A stretch of 64,000 bases of DNA from Thecamonas trahens ATCC 50062 (GCF_000142905.1 NW_013657663.1:434001-498000); one strand, 5' to 3'; positions 44,301-57,035 are shown, counted from the first letter of the stretch. The notes: generated by a model from the sequence alone, not told the origin. Numbers and translations: made by a program.

Positions 44301-46654
44301 AGTGGTGGTTGCTTGCGTTGCGGTCGCCCACGTGTCGACCGAGTAGACTGCGATGTAGCCGGAAGTGGTGGCATGCTGCCAGGCAACGACGACATCGCGG
44401 GCGCTGCTAGAGCCGGCAAAGTCGACAAGCTGCATGGCATGCGGCTCATCGCTGGGATCGAGGCCGGACCCGAGGTTTGTCGGCGTGGAAAAGTTGGCGC
44501 CACTGCCCGGGACGGCGCCGGACCCTGCAGCAAACGAGCGGACGAAGACAAGCCGCGAGTTCGACCCGCCGACAGCGATCAGAATGTCGACGTCGCCATC
44601 GGCGTCGCGGTCACCAAAGAGCGAGGCGCGCGGGATGCCACTCAGCGGAACGACAAGCTGCTGATAACCGTAGCGCGGGGTGGCGACAGCAAGCGAATGG
44701 CCAGTGCCTGGTCCGGACGTGACATAGAGCGAGAGCGAGCGCGAGTTGGTGGTGAGGTGGATGGTGGCAACGTCGCCGACGCCATCGCCGGAAAAGTCGT
44801 CAATGGAAAAGACATAGGACTCGCCGCGGACTCCGGCGACGTGGCCGACAGGTCGATTGAGGTCGAATATCCGGCCCGGGAGCTCATACAGCTGGTTGCG
44901 ATAGTAGTGGATGGAGCGCTGGATGTCAAACTTCCAGTCGTAGTTCTGCATGTTGTCAAGGCCGACAATATCGGGCAAGCCGTCGCCGTCCATGTCGATG
45001 ATCTTGATGGAAGTGGCATTGGTGGCGCCGGGCGCATCAAAGAGTGATGCGATGGAGAACTGGTTCGAGGACTCGTCAAAGAGGAAGCAGAAGATGCGAT
45101 TGTAGAGAGCGGTACCGCAAGCGTCGAGGTAAGTGTCGTTGTTGATGTCACCGACGGTGACTCGCCAGGGATTCTCGACATCGTAGTTGAAGTCTGTGTA
45201 CGAGCCATCGCCCTCGTTGCGGCGGTAGGCAACAACGTCAGGGTCGTACTCGGCAAAGACAATGTCAATGTCGCCGTCGCGATCAACGTCTTGGAACTCG
45301 ACGGACCAGATGTCCTCGCGGCCGATAAGGGTATCGGCGACGGGCCCGGGGGCGTAGAGCTGTGTGTTGTTGGCGGCAACGTTGGGGAAGAGCGGCATGG
45401 TGCCGTGCGAGCACGTGAGAATGATGTCAAGCATAGAGTCCATGTTGTAGTCGACGATGTTGATGAAGCGGCAGTCGGAGTGGTCGGCGAGGTCGTTAGT
45501 GATCTCGACGCTGGGGTACGTAGCATCAAAGACGCCCGGGGCAGCAGCGTGGCGGTAGAAGACGCACTCGGAGCTTGTAAACCAGGCCAGGTCGTTGAAG
45601 CCGTCGTTGTTAAAGTCTGCAACAGCGACGTCACGGATGTAGCCGCACTGCGAAGTGAACGAGTACACGGTGTTACGAGTCTCGTCAAAGACGCCATCGC
45701 CGAGGCCACGGTACCAGGTAAGATGGTGATTGTAGCCCGAGTGGGTAGAGGTTGCCCAAGATGACCAGAACATGTCCTTGATGCCGTCCGTGTCGAGATC
45801 GAAGAAGCGGACGGTTTGATGCTTGTTGGCAAACACCCGCTTCTTCTCGAACGAGTTTTGGTGATCACCAATGATGGTGTTGACGAGGACTGGTGTAGCG
45901 CCTGTGAGCATGCCGTGCGCGACGCGGATGCCATCCGACTCGATGGTGACAACATCTGGGATGCTGTCACTGTCCAGGTCGCCGACCCAGCCACCGCCGG
46001 TGATGTCGAGGGCGGCCAGTGATCCGGCGTCGCGGCTCAGCGGGACGGCGAACGAGTCGGCCTGGGTCGCCGCTCCTCCCATCACTGCAGCCGGGCATGC
46101 AGAGAGATTGGATGCGGCGTGAGCAGGTGGAAAGGGCGAGACGTAGCCGTCAGGCGCAGGCGCGGTTGTAGGAACGGTACCGGCTCTCGGAAAGGATGAC
46201 GGTACCACGACGACGCCGTAGTTTGAGATAGCGGCCAGATCACGATGTCCATCGCAGTCAATGTCAACAGCCACTGGAACAAACCCGCCAGAGGCATAGA
46301 GCGTCGAGCCAAACAGTGGATGGTAATGACGGCCATAGTGAAGAGGCTGCGTTGTCGGCTGTGTGGCAGATGAGGTGCGTTGATTGAAGGGCGTTTTTTT
46401 TTTTCCGCCATGCTTTCCCGTGAGTTTCTCATTTCGAGAGGTTTGCTTGCTATCACTGACCATGCACGCTGCAAGCCGGGCTCTCGGGGAAAGTGGGAGG
46501 AAGTGGAGGGGAGTGCAATGCTAAGGGCTGCGGAGAGAGGAGGAGAAGAGGGAGGACGTACTGGCGGGGGTAGAGTGACTGAGAATGCCAAGGAAGAAGA
46601 AAAGGTTGCAATTGACAGCACAAGGATTGGGAGCACGGCTGTGGAGAGGGCCAT
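38319..46654 (-). CDS. Giant FG-GAP/VCBS-repeat, GGA beta-helix, Cys-rich, multi-pass membrane receptor-like protein; exons 46654-46562 and 46346-38319
   Basis: Signal-peptide exon MALSTAVLPILVLSIATFSSSLA spliced in phase via a GTACGT..GCAG intron. Many DxDxDGxxD repeats, N.A..GGA repeats, CxxC..G Cys-rich repeats and about 7-8 TM helices. Confidence 0.9.
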
Positions 46655-46794
46655 GACCGGCCGGGGGCGGTGGCGTCTGATCGGACGGTGAAGTGGTTCA
46701 AGTCGAGCTGTACCCACGCGGCGCGGGAGCTTTCAGTTGCGACACCAGACAGAGAACTCGACTAAGGGGTGTGACAAGAAAGGGCAGAGGTTGT

Positions 46795-47904
46795 TCAAGA
46801 TGATGCCGATGATGGGTGAGCGGTGGAAGGCGAAGGGTGAGCGGGGTCATCAGCAGTGTTGTCGGCGACGATGCCGGTGTGGGGTTCCGGTGCATGGTCG
46901 GCATCGAGGGAGAGGGGTAGGGCGGGTGCGGCGGCGGCGGTGGCGGCGGCCTTGGCGTCACGGCCGGCGTTGAGGCCATCGAGGAGGACACAAGCCTGGC
47001 AGAGGCCGTCTCTGGCAAAGCCCGAAGTGATGTAGTTGCATCTGGAGCACTCTGTGAGGTTTGCGGCGTTGGTTGCGGCGGTGGGGACGACGAGGTGCTC
47101 TGCAGCGCGGATGATGTCGATGATGGCCGAGGGGCGGACGCGCTCGAGATCCTTGAGATACTGGCGGGCAAAGCCGCGGTAGGCGTTGGGCGAGTAGATG
47201 CACTCTGTGGAAAAGTAGACCAGATCTTTGTAGTAGGCGTAGAGAACGATCTCCTTTTCGTAGCAGTACTTGAGCGGCTTGCAGCGCGGGACAAAGTTAT
47301 CAGAAGAGCCCGAGGTGACGATGGAGACGCAACGGCCAAGACGGGAGATGTCGCCGCGGAGGATGTTCATGAGGACGGTCTCGGCCATGTCGTCTGCGTT
47401 GTGGCCGGTGACGATGCAGTCTGCTTGCTCGAGCAGGGCGCCGCGATCGAGGGCCTGCCTGCGGAAAACACCGCAAAAGGTGCAGTTGTTCTTGAGACCG
47501 ATCTGTGCAACGACGTCGTCCATGGACCACCCGTAGAGGTCTGCGTAGGAGAGGATGCGGAGATCCATGCCGTAGTCGACCTTGTTCTGCTTGACCGTCT
47601 CGAGCGAGTCGTCACGATATCCGGTGATGCCCTCATCAATGGAGAGGAGGAAGAGATCCAGACCGTAATCATACTTTTCATTGAGAACCTTGAGGACATA
47701 GGCGAGGACCGTCGAGTCCTTGCCACCAGAGGCACCAATGGCTACCCGCATGCCCCGAGTAAAGAGCGAGTGAGCGACAATGGTGGCATGGACCTCGGAC
47801 TCAAACGCGTCAAAGAAGCACTCCTTGCACACCTTCTGCCCCGTCTTGGGTCGCACAAGTACAGGTGGTACACTTGTACATGCCTGACACACAATCTTGG
47901 CCAT
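46795..47904 (-). CDS. CTU1: Cytoplasmic tRNA 2-thiolation protein 1
   Basis: N-terminal CxxC/CKECF, PP-loop [53 protein letters not shown]-terminal CxxC..CQAC. Confidence 0.96.
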   Translation of the reverse strand: MAKIVCQACTSVPPVLVRPKTGQKVCKECFFDAFESEVHATIVAHSLFTRGMRVAIGASGGKDSTVLAYVLKVLNEKYDYGLDLFLLSIDEGITGYRDDSLETVKQNKVDYGMDLRILSYADLYGWSMDDVVAQIGLKNNCTFCGVFRRQALDRGALLEQADCIVTGHNADDMAETVLMNILRGDISRLGRCVSIVTSGSSDNFVPRCKPLKYCYEKEIVLYAYYKDLVYFSTECIYSPNAYRGFARQYLKDLERVRPSAIIDIIRAAEHLVVPTAATNAANLTECSRCNYITSGFARDGLCQACVLLDGLNAGRDAKAAATAAAAPALPLSLDADHAPEPHTGIVADNTADDPAHPSPSTAHPSSASS

Positions 47905-49154
47905 CTCCTGCTGCAGGTGGGATGGGGAGAGGTGTGCTTGTGGCGACCGTGACCGTGATAGTCATTGATGGCCAACAGATCAAAGTCGTCCGAAGCGCTA
48001 GAGGCCGCGATGAAGTCGGGTGACCACACAGCCTCGGTTACCGACCGAGCGGTCGCTCCACCGGCCCGATGGCATGAGATCTCCTTGTATTGGCTGTGCT
48101 GGCCTTCAGTGTCAGCTCATCGTGCCGGTTGGCACAGTGCCCCGCGTATACATGAGCTGCAGCCGCGCGCTCGCGCACACCCGAGGCCAATCAAGGCCAT
48201 CGGAGCTCTTAGCAAGCAAAGTACCAGCCGCCAGTGTTAGCAACTCGTAGCAGTCGCGTCGTTAGCACACCCATCGTCGGCAACTTGTCCATTCTGCCAG
48301 CGGATCAGGCGGTGTGACGTTCCGCTACCATCGCCAGTAACCTGTGGAACTGGACTCTATGCCATCGGTCTGATCATCAGACCATGATGGCAACACGAGT
48401 TGAGCGACGAGGTGATAAAACAGGCTTGGTCCTTCGAGCCTTTGTTGTATGATCGTCGACATGGACTTGGTTTTGCCTTGGTAGCCCGGATCAAGACCAC
48501 GACAGCCGCCCATGAAAGAGACGAAAGGCGAACGCTGTGTGTGCTCAAGGCTTTGGGCCATGGGTGTGTCCTAATTGCAGGATGGGATACATGACCTTGG
48601 CAAGTAGTTGGAAATTGCATGCATGAGTATGTGTGTGGACGATGCGATGCGAATCGAGTCTTGCATCTGCTTCCTCCATTACCTTTGCGGTTAGGAGTGT
48701 CCCACCCCCTCCATCATCATCCAGACGTGAACGCGACACGGCGAATGACGACCTTGCTGACGACGACAGCCGCGACGACGACGTCACCAGGTCTGCCACC
48801 ACTTTTCTTCCATACACACTATGGCGTACGTATAACCCCACCCCATCCCCCTTCTTCTCCTTCCCATATACAGTGCACTCTATATGTGTGTGAGTATGTG
48901 TGTGAGTATGTATGTGTGTGTGTGTGAGCTGGTGATGGTGACGGCAGTGGTCGTGGTGGCGGAGGGCGGTGTGTGACCCCCCCCCCCCCCCCCCCCCCAC
49001 TCCCCACACGTCATGGTGACAGAGGCAAGAACGGGGGGGGAGGGAGGGAGGGTGGGGGGGCAGGAGTTAGGAGTATGGCAGGAGTGAAGAGTGTGGAGAG
49101 TATGTGGGCTTGAGAAACTTACTCTGAGAGTGGATTGGGTCTCATGTTGGCTAT

Positions 49155-49375
49155 GACTGTGGTGGTGGCTATGGCTGCGGTGGTGGTGACTGTGGTGGTG
49201 GCTGTGGGCTGTGGGCTGTGGGCTGTGACTCTCGCCTTGGGCTGTGACTCTCGCTTTGGGCTGTGGTGGTGGCTGTGGGCTGTGGTGGTGGCTGTGGGCT
49301 GTGGTGGTGGCTGTGGGCTGTGGTGGTGGGCTGTGATGACGGACTGTGGTCTGTGATGGCGGACTGTGGGCTGTG
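49155..49375. repeat. Degenerate tandem repeat of GGCTGTG/GGTGGT units
   Basis: Directly visible; lies in the probable first intron or 5' region of the M20 peptidase. Confidence 0.85.
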
Positions 49376-49446
49376 ACTCCTCTCGTGCAATCGTGTGACG
49401 CGCCCAACTCTCTGCGAGCAGTGCCACTACCCTCAACAACGAGCAG

Positions 49447-50853
49447 GCGCTCGCTTACTGCGTCAACAAGTGGGATGAGACCATCATCCCGACGCTCTCG
49501 GAGTACATCGAGATCCCGAACCAGTCGCCCGACTACGACCCCGAGTGGGCAACGAACGGGTACATGGACCAGGCCGTCAACCTCATGGTCGAGTGGGTGA
49601 AGAAGCAGGACGTTGCCGGCCTCGCCATCGAGGTTGTCAAGGACGAGGGCCGCACGCCGCTCATCTACATTGTCATTGACGCCTTTAACGGTGGCCCGAG
49701 CGAGAACACCGTCATGCTCTACGCGCACCTCGACAAGCAGCCGCCGATGACCGAGAACTGGTCCGAGGGCCTTGGCCCGCACCTGCCGGTCATCCGCGAC
49801 GGCCGCCTGTTTGGCCGCGGCGGCGCCGACGACGGCTACGGCATCTTTGCCTCGATCACCGCCATCAAGGCGCTCCAGGACCAGGGCGTCCCGCACTCGC
49901 GCTCGGTCATCCTCGTCGAGGCCTCGGAAGAGTCCGGCTCGACCGACCTCACTCACTACGTCACCTCGCTTGCCGACCGCATCGGTGCCGTCGACTTTGT
50001 CGTCTGCCTCGACTCGGGCACCGGCGACCTCCAGCACCTCTGGTCGACCACCTCGCTCCGCGGCGTCGTCAACGTCAACCTCAAGGTCGACATCCTCAAC
50101 GACGGTGTCCACTCGGGCGCGGCGTCGGGCATCGTGCCGGACTCTTTCCGCATCGCCCGCATGCTCCTCAACCGCATCGAGAACCCTGAGACCGGCGAGC
50201 TCATTGGCGCCCCGTTCCACGTCGACATCCCGCAGACCCGCGTTGACCAGGCCAACGCCACCGCTGGCGTCCTCGGCGAGACCGTGTACTCGAACTTCCC
50301 GTGGGCCACCGGCGCTGGGCCGACCACCACCGACTCGGCTGAGGCCATCCTCCGCAAGTCGTGGAAGCCGACGCTTTCCGTCACCGGCGCCGACGGCCTG
50401 CCGCCGTCGGCTGTCGCCGGCAACGTCCTCCGCGCCTCGACCACCCTCAAGCTCTCCTTCCGCCTGCCGCCCACCGCCGACGCTGACGCCGCCTCGGCCT
50501 TTATCGTCAAGGAGCTCACCCGCGACCCGCCCTACGGCGCCACCGTCACCGTCTCGGGCGACCACGGCGCGTCCGGCTGGGAGGCCCCGGCCGAGGCCGA
50601 GTGGCAGCTCGCCGCCATGCACGGCGCCTCGCAGGCCTTCTACGGCAACGACGCCATGTTCATCGGCGAGGGCGGTTCTATCCCCTTCATGGGCCTCCTC
50701 GGCGAGCGCTTCCCCTCGGCCCTCTTCATGGTCACTGGCGTCCTCGACGGCATCTCCAACGCCCACGGCCCCGACGAGTCGTTCGACCTCGACTTTGCCA
50801 AGAAGCTCACCGCCTCGGTCGCCTTCATCATCGCTGCCCACGCCTCCAAGTAG
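49447..50853 (+). CDS. M20 metallopeptidase (ArgE/DapE/dipeptidase-like); main exon, short first exon unresolved
   Basis: YIEIPNQSP, YAHLDKQPP, GRGGADDGY, EASEESGS, CLDSG, GVHSG, GEGGSIPFM, NAHGPDE. Acceptor CAG at 49444-49446 is in frame. Confidence 0.92.
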   Translation, partial: ALAYCVNKWDETIIPTLSEYIEIPNQSPDYDPEWATNGYMDQAVNLMVEWVKKQDVAGLAIEVVKDEGRTPLIYIVIDAFNGGPSENTVMLYAHLDKQPPMTENWSEGLGPHLPVIRDGRLFGRGGADDGYGIFASITAIKALQDQGVPHSRSVILVEASEESGSTDLTHYVTSLADRIGAVDFVVCLDSGTGDLQHLWSTTSLRGVVNVNLKVDILNDGVHSGAASGIVPDSFRIARMLLNRIENPETGELIGAPFHVDIPQTRVDQANATAGVLGETVYSNFPWATGAGPTTTDSAEAILRKSWKPTLSVTGADGLPPSAVAGNVLRASTTLKLSFRLPPTADADAASAFIVKELTRDPPYGATVTVSGDHGASGWEAPAEAEWQLAAMHGASQAFYGNDAMFIGEGGSIPFMGLLGERFPSALFMVTGVLDGISNAHGPDESFDLDFAKKLTASVAFIIAAHASK

Positions 50854-51011
50854 CTCTTGAACCCACGCGCATCTGATAAATGCAGCCCTAGTGTGTGGTC
50901 CGACCGCCACCTCTCCCGCCACCTGTTATCCTTCGCCTGTCGTTTGCCGCCTGCACCGCTCTCTTCCTTTCACCACCACCGGCTCGAACCGCCCCACGTC
51001 CGGCCCCACCC

Positions 51012-52977
51012 ATGTCGCTACAGGCAGCAGAGGCCAGCCCCCTTCTTGTCTCCAACACCAAAGCCGTGGAATCTCAGCACACAGCACCGTCAAGACTAGT
51101 ACGCGACAGCTGATGATGAGTAGTAGCCAGGCAGAGGGTTGAGCAAGCAGCTGCCACTCGGCCTCGGGCTCGGCCACGGCCACGGGCTCGGCCACGGGCT
51201 CGGGCTCGGACCGGCCGAGTTGTCACTCACACATCACCCCATCACATGGATGGCGACGTTCCAATGACAGACAAACAAGACACTTGCGTTGTATGTCCTG
51301 CCATCGTTTGCCTTTGCGGCTTCGCTCAACTTTCTCAACACCTATCAGTTCCGATACTACTCGGATGAGTACCACGTCCCACTCCGCAACCTCAACATCG
51401 CTTTCCTTGGCTTGCAGCTGGTGTTGTTTGTGGGCATCCCAGTTCTAGGTTGGATCACCGATGTGACGCAGACCAGGTTTGGCCGGCGGCGGCCGTTTAT
51501 CGCTCTCTTTGGTCCACTGCTCATGGCCATTCTCTTCCTCGGCATGTATCCCATGATCACCAGCTCGGTCACGATCCTCACCGTCTGGTTTGCCACCACA
51601 TACGCGCTCGAGTGCCTTGTCACCCTCCTCTTCCTCTCACCGTACCAGGCACTGGGCATCGAGCTCACCCTCGACTCTGCCGAGCGCAACCGGCTTTTCG
51701 GCGCAACACAGACGTTGTACCAGCTGGGCGTCATCGTGTCGACCGCCGTGCCTGAGGCACTGGCGTCAACCGTCGCGTCACGCCGCAAGGTCTACATGTT
51801 GTTCGGCGGTGCATCGGGCATCCTCGGCTGCGTCACCATGCTCACGCTGGCATTCAGCGTCTCGGAGGCCTCATGCTTTGTGATGGAGAAGCGGACACCG
51901 CTGATCCCGGGCCTCATTCGGACGCTGGCCAACCCTGCATTTGGCATCCTCCTTGCCACCATCACCCTCCTCAACTGCCAGCCGTACTTTCTGGTCCTCC
52001 TCCCGTACTGGGTCAAGTACTCGCTTCAGCTCGACTCGTTCTGGCAGGCAGCCATCATGACGACCTACATGACCGGCGCCTTTGTCTTTATTCCGTTCTG
52101 GACCTGGCTGGCCGGGCGGATTGGCAAGAAGCGAACGTACCTGCTGTCGATGGCGGTCGCCGTGGTCGCCTTCTCGGCGCTCTTGCTGGTGCACTCGGGC
52201 GATAAGATCGGCGCGGCCATCGCCGCTTTTGCCGCCGGCGCTACCGGGCTCTCGCTCAACTCGTACAACTTTCTTTTCCAGTCGATCCTCGCCGACCTCA
52301 TCGAGTACGACGCACTGCTGACGGGCTACCGCCGCGAGGCGCAGTACGCCAACATGGTTCAGCTCTTCAATGCGCTCACCTCTGTCATGTCGGTCTCACT
52401 TCCGCTGTTCATCATGGACGCTGTCGGCTTCAAGGCCGACGTCGTCCAGCCCGAGCGAGTCCAGACTACCATCACGCTGCTCCTCGGCCCGGGCTGCGCT
52501 CTGTTTGTCGCTCTCGCAGCCGGCGTCTTTACCTTTTACCCCATCACCTCACGGGTTCATGCTGCCATCCGTGCCGGCCTCGACGCACACGCCGCTGGCA
52601 AGCCCGCCGACGATCCGGTCACCGGCACCGTCGTCCTGCCTCCGGCCGCAACCGCCAATCCTGTTCCCGAGGCCACCGCTTGGTTTCTCGACCACTTCTT
52701 TCGCTTTGAGCTCCGATGGGCGCTTCTCCCGATCCCACAGCCGTACGCGCTGCTCAAACTTGTCGTTGGCTGGATCGTTCTCTCGTCTGCCGTCACCGCC
52801 GGCTCTGTCGCCTGGATCGTCACCGATGTCAACAAGTACCTCGAAGCGGGCGCGTTTGTTGGCATGGTCGCCGTCGCGCTTCTCATCTTCAATCTCTGCC
52901 GCATCGGTCCAGCACTCGACTTTGCCTCGGCGCCAATCCCTGTCGGTGTTATTGTGGCGCACACCGGTAGCGGATGA
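51012..52977 (+). CDS. MFS transporter, GPH/MelB (MFSD2-like) family; exons 51012-51098 and 51271-52977
   Basis: GWITDVTQTRFGRRRPFI, PYQALGIELT..ERNRL, RIGKKR, ADLIEYD..TGYRREAQY. An in-phase GTACGC..ACAG intron adds an N-terminal exon carrying EASPLL. Confidence 0.9.
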
Positions 52978-53424
52978 CGCCCGACCAATCGCCACGTCGC
53001 TCCCTCTCGCCGTCATGATCCCTTGATTGTCTCCCCTCCCCCTTCCGCCTACCATTGTCCTTTGGCCATGAGTATTTCTCGCCATGGACTCTCTGATCCA
53101 GAACAACCGCTTGCGCATACCATGAATCGGCGATGTTCGTAGCCTCGCCCGCCTCCGTCTACCACTATCCGATTTCCCCACTACCCTCAAACCACATCCC
53201 TCGATAGCCACCAGGCCTATTTCGACCACTCACAAGCATATCTACGCTGTGTACAGAGACATGGCCCCAGGCGAGTCGTCATGATCGCACCTGATTCCTC
53301 TCCACTATGCAAATGGTCGGCGACAAACTGGCGACAAACTGGCGACAACCGAGACACTCGGACCAGACCGGAGCAAGCCGACAGACGACGAGCAGCACGT
53401 CACTCTCAGAACAGAGCGGTGGGT

Positions 53425-56400
53425 ATGGGCTCCAAGCTCTCCACCAAGAAGCTTCGTCGACTTGTTGAGCGTGGTGATGAGGCCAATGCCTTACTTCTCA
53501 TTGCAGAGGCAAACAACCGCAACAAGCAGTTGAGTACGTCGACGTAGAAGGAGGCGGGAGGCGGGGAAGAGGCTACGTGGGCCAGGCCATGTGGCGCGTG
53601 GAGGGGGGCCGGGCCATGTGGCGCGTGGAGGGGGCATGTTGGGTATGTTGGGCATGTTGGCTTTTTCTTTTTTCTTCCCTTTTTGTTTTTGCAGGTCAAC
53701 ACAAGGAGCGGGGCTGGTCACATGTTACTTGTATGACTGACGATGTGATATGGTGGCTGGTTGTTGACGGCTGGTGATGTGACTGGCGGTGGTGATCTTG
53801 CTGGCTCGGATGATCTGGGTGACTGTGGCAGATCTGGGCGTGGTCTTCACGAGTCACGACTCGATCACGCTGCTGCACCTGGCGGCGCTGATGGGCATGC
53901 CCAATCTTGTTCGCGTTCTACTCGACTCGGACGCGGTTGACATCAACCGGACGACCCAGAGCTCGGGTAGATCGCCTCTGCACTTTGTGTGCTCACCGAC
54001 CAAGATGCTGCTGTCGCAGTTTACCCCCGGCGAGCGTGCGGCGGTGGCACGGATCCGAGTCGATCTGGCCAATGCCCTATCAGCTACGCCCGAGACAACG
54101 ATGGAGATGGCGCTGGCGGCCCTGAGTGCCGGGGACCGCGCTCTTTATTCCGCCGCCGTCCGGCAGGACGCCAACAACCGCGAGGTGCTCGAGCTCCTGC
54201 TGGCGCGGGAAGACATCAACGTCTCGTTGGCAACAACAGAGGGAGTCACGCCGCTGCACCAGACCGCGTACGACGGCTACTTGCACGGGATGGAACGGCT
54301 TGTTGCGACCGGCCGGGTCGATGCCAGTGCACAGGACGCCCGCGGCAACACGCCGCTGCACCAGGCTGCCATGCAGGGTTTTGACGCCGGCGTCGAGCTG
54401 CTGCTCGCCATTGGTCGGACTCGCTACCTCACGATGTCACCGATCAATGTCATGATCCGCAACAACAAGGGCCGTACACCGCTCGAGGCAGCAGCCTCCC
54501 GCGGCAAGTGGGCCTCGGTCCGCCTTCTGCTCGAGGCCGGAACCGCGGTCCTGCCGCACCCGGACGACCCAGCGTTCTCTGCGCTCGGCCTGGGCTTTAT
54601 CCGTGACACGCTCGACGAAGTCATCGACGGTGACGACGATGGGCTCGGCCTCAACGATGACGATGCGTCGTCGGGCTCGCTCTCGGGCGCACCTCCCGAG
54701 ACTCCCGCCGGCCTGCGCCGACTCGGTCGCGACTGGGCCTACCGCGTCCACGTCTCGGGCTCGGACGGTGGCTCGTCCGACTCGGCCGAGGAGGCCGGCT
54801 GGTCACGATCGCGCGCTCGTATGTCGAGCTTTCCCGACGTCGGCACAAGCTCCGATGCAGGCGAGGCCGCGTCGTCGTCGCGGGTCCCTGCCGAGCGGCA
54901 GGTCGCGCTCGACACGGCCGAGATTGGCGACGAGCGCGACGATCGCATTCTCGCCGTCGTCGCGGCGCTCGACGTCTCGCCCGGAGCGGCGCTCGCACTG
55001 CTGCAGCACAACACTTGGGACGCCGACGCGACCATCGCCTGGTACCTGCGCAACCCGGCTGCGGCGTGCGATGCGTGCGGAATCCTCAACCAGGAAGAGG
55101 TTCAGGAGGCGCGTGCGCTGCGCGCCGACACTACCATGTGCCTCATCTGCATGGACGACATCGATGACGGTATGGTGGAGGCAACCGACTGCGCCCACGT
55201 CTTTTGTCGCGCGTGCTGGGCGTCGTACCTCGGCGTCGCCATCCGCGACGCCGCTGTCCGTGTGGTCACCTGCCCGGGTGTCGGGTGCGCGGCCCAGGTT
55301 GCCGACGCCGTTGTCGAGCGCCTTGTCGAGCCCGAAACCTACCAGCGCTATCTCCGGTTCAAGGTCCAGGCCTTTGTCGACGAAGATCCGCGGACCAAGT
55401 GGTGTCCCGCGCCCGGATGCGAGCTCGCTGTCGAGGCGCCACCGACTTGGGTCGTCGACGGACCGGGCACCGAGGAGAGCACCGACGGCGCCGGGCCATC
55501 GTCTGACTCGACGCCGCCGTCCGGACACCTCCGGTCCAACGTTCGCAACGCCGAGTGCGGTGCCGGACACACGTTCTGCTTTGCCTGCGCCGGCCCAGCC
55601 CACGAGCCGGCGGCGTGCTCGATGCTCCGGCGGTGGGACGACGCCATGTCGCGCAAGCTCAAGCAGCCGAGAAGCGATGAGAAGACCCGGCAGTACCTGC
55701 TCAACGAGGGCATTCGGGTCTGTCCCAACCCGGCGTGTGACAGGCTGCTCTCACGCAACGGCGGCTGTAACCACTTTCGCTGCGGCGGCCACGGCGGTGG
55801 GACATCCGGCTGCGGCTACGAGTTCTGCTGGGTCTGTCTCTCGCCGTGGCGCGGACACACGTCGGCTATCTGCTCGCGCGGCAAGAGTACGCTCGCCAAG
55901 CGGCTGCGTGAGGGCGCAGCTGAGGCGACCATCCAGCGCGACGAGCGCTTCGAACATCACTTTACCCGGTTTCGGACCCACTGGCTCTCGGAAGAGGTGG
56001 AGACCAAGCTGCGGGCTGCAACCGAGGAGGTCATCGCCATGGTCCACGACGTCATGCCCGACCGGGTCTCGATGCACTTTCTCCGCCTCGCCTGCCAGGC
56101 GCTCATTCAAGCGCGGGCCACGCTCAAGTACGCCTATGTCCGCGCGTACTTTATGCAGGACGGGCTCGAGCTGCGCACCCACGAGCATGCGGTTGCCACC
56201 CTAGAGCGGTACGTCGAGAGCCTCTCGGCCGTCCTTGCGCTGCCGTACCAGACCGAACTCAACGTCAGCCATCGCGGAAACATTGCGCTGCTCAGGTTTG
56301 CCATGTTTATCTGGCTCTCACGCTCGCGGGTCTGGCGGCTGACAACGCTTGTCGACTCTTGTCGGCGCAACCTGCTCGAGGTCGCCCACGGCGGCCACAC

Positions 56401-56965
56401 CCAGATCCGCCACGTGGCCACCCCGTCGACCTCGCGCAGCTTTCCGCCCGCGCCGCGGTTCATGTCGGGCCCACAATCAGACGCCGGCCGGAGGGCATGC
56501 TCAGCCTGTGGCGAAATGCTCCCACGGAGCTCGTTTTCCAAGCGCCAGTGGGCGTTTGTCTCGGCGCGCCGCCGCTGCACCGCATGCATTGTCGCCAACC
56601 GGCCGTCGTCGTCCGGCGTGGTCACAAGCGCAAGGCAGGCTGCTTCTGACAACGATTCTGACGACAGCGATCCAGAGCTGGTCAATATCGCCGGCTTGTC
56701 ATCGGCACCCGGCGGCGCCTCGTGGCACCGCCAGATGTTCTCAACCACGGGTGCACCAGCGTCCGACTTTGACGGTCAGGTTTCATCGACCGTCGTTGTC
56801 TCGTCGTCGTTCAAGAGGTCAGCGCCCGTCAAGCTTGCGCATCCCAGCGGGGACGGCGCGTCATCGTCATCGTCTTCGATTCCGGCAGCCCACACCAGCG
56901 CCCCGTCTGGCCGTCCCAAGTGGTTCTATGACCAGTACGCGCAAAAGTGGGTCAAGAGCCTCTGA
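53425..56965 (+). CDS. ANKIB1: Ankyrin-repeat RBR (Ariadne-type) E3 ubiquitin ligase; exons 53425-53533 and 53832-56965
   Basis: Exon 1 MGSKLSTKKLRRLVERGDE resembles the ANKIB1 N-terminus (myristoylation-type MG..S). Ankyrin repeats, UBA-like domain, RING1 CLIC..CAHVFCRAC, IBR KWCPAPGC..CGAGHTFCFAC, RING2 GGCNHFRC..FCWVC, Ariadne domain. Confidence 0.85.
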
Positions 56966-57035
56966 TGGCGAGTGCTCCACACAAAGCACACTTGTCTTCA
57001 ATCAGACGCGGCGGAGAGGGATTGGCGGTGTGGCG

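Noticed and set aside
46347-46463. ORF-track start of the 2714-aa protein
   Set aside because: Lies within an intron; the real signal-peptide exon is at 46654-46562.
47905-49150. Small ORFs between CTU1 and the M20 peptidase
   Set aside because: No motif or clear coding bias; could be UTR or unresolved exons.
48880-50922. 680-aa minus-strand ORF
   Set aside because: Antisense shadow of the M20 peptidase extended through a simple repeat.
56349-57035. 229-aa N-terminal extension of TruA overlapping ANKIB1
   Set aside because: TTG start and R/P/S-rich off-frame read of ANKIB1; TruA homology begins at ATG 57036.
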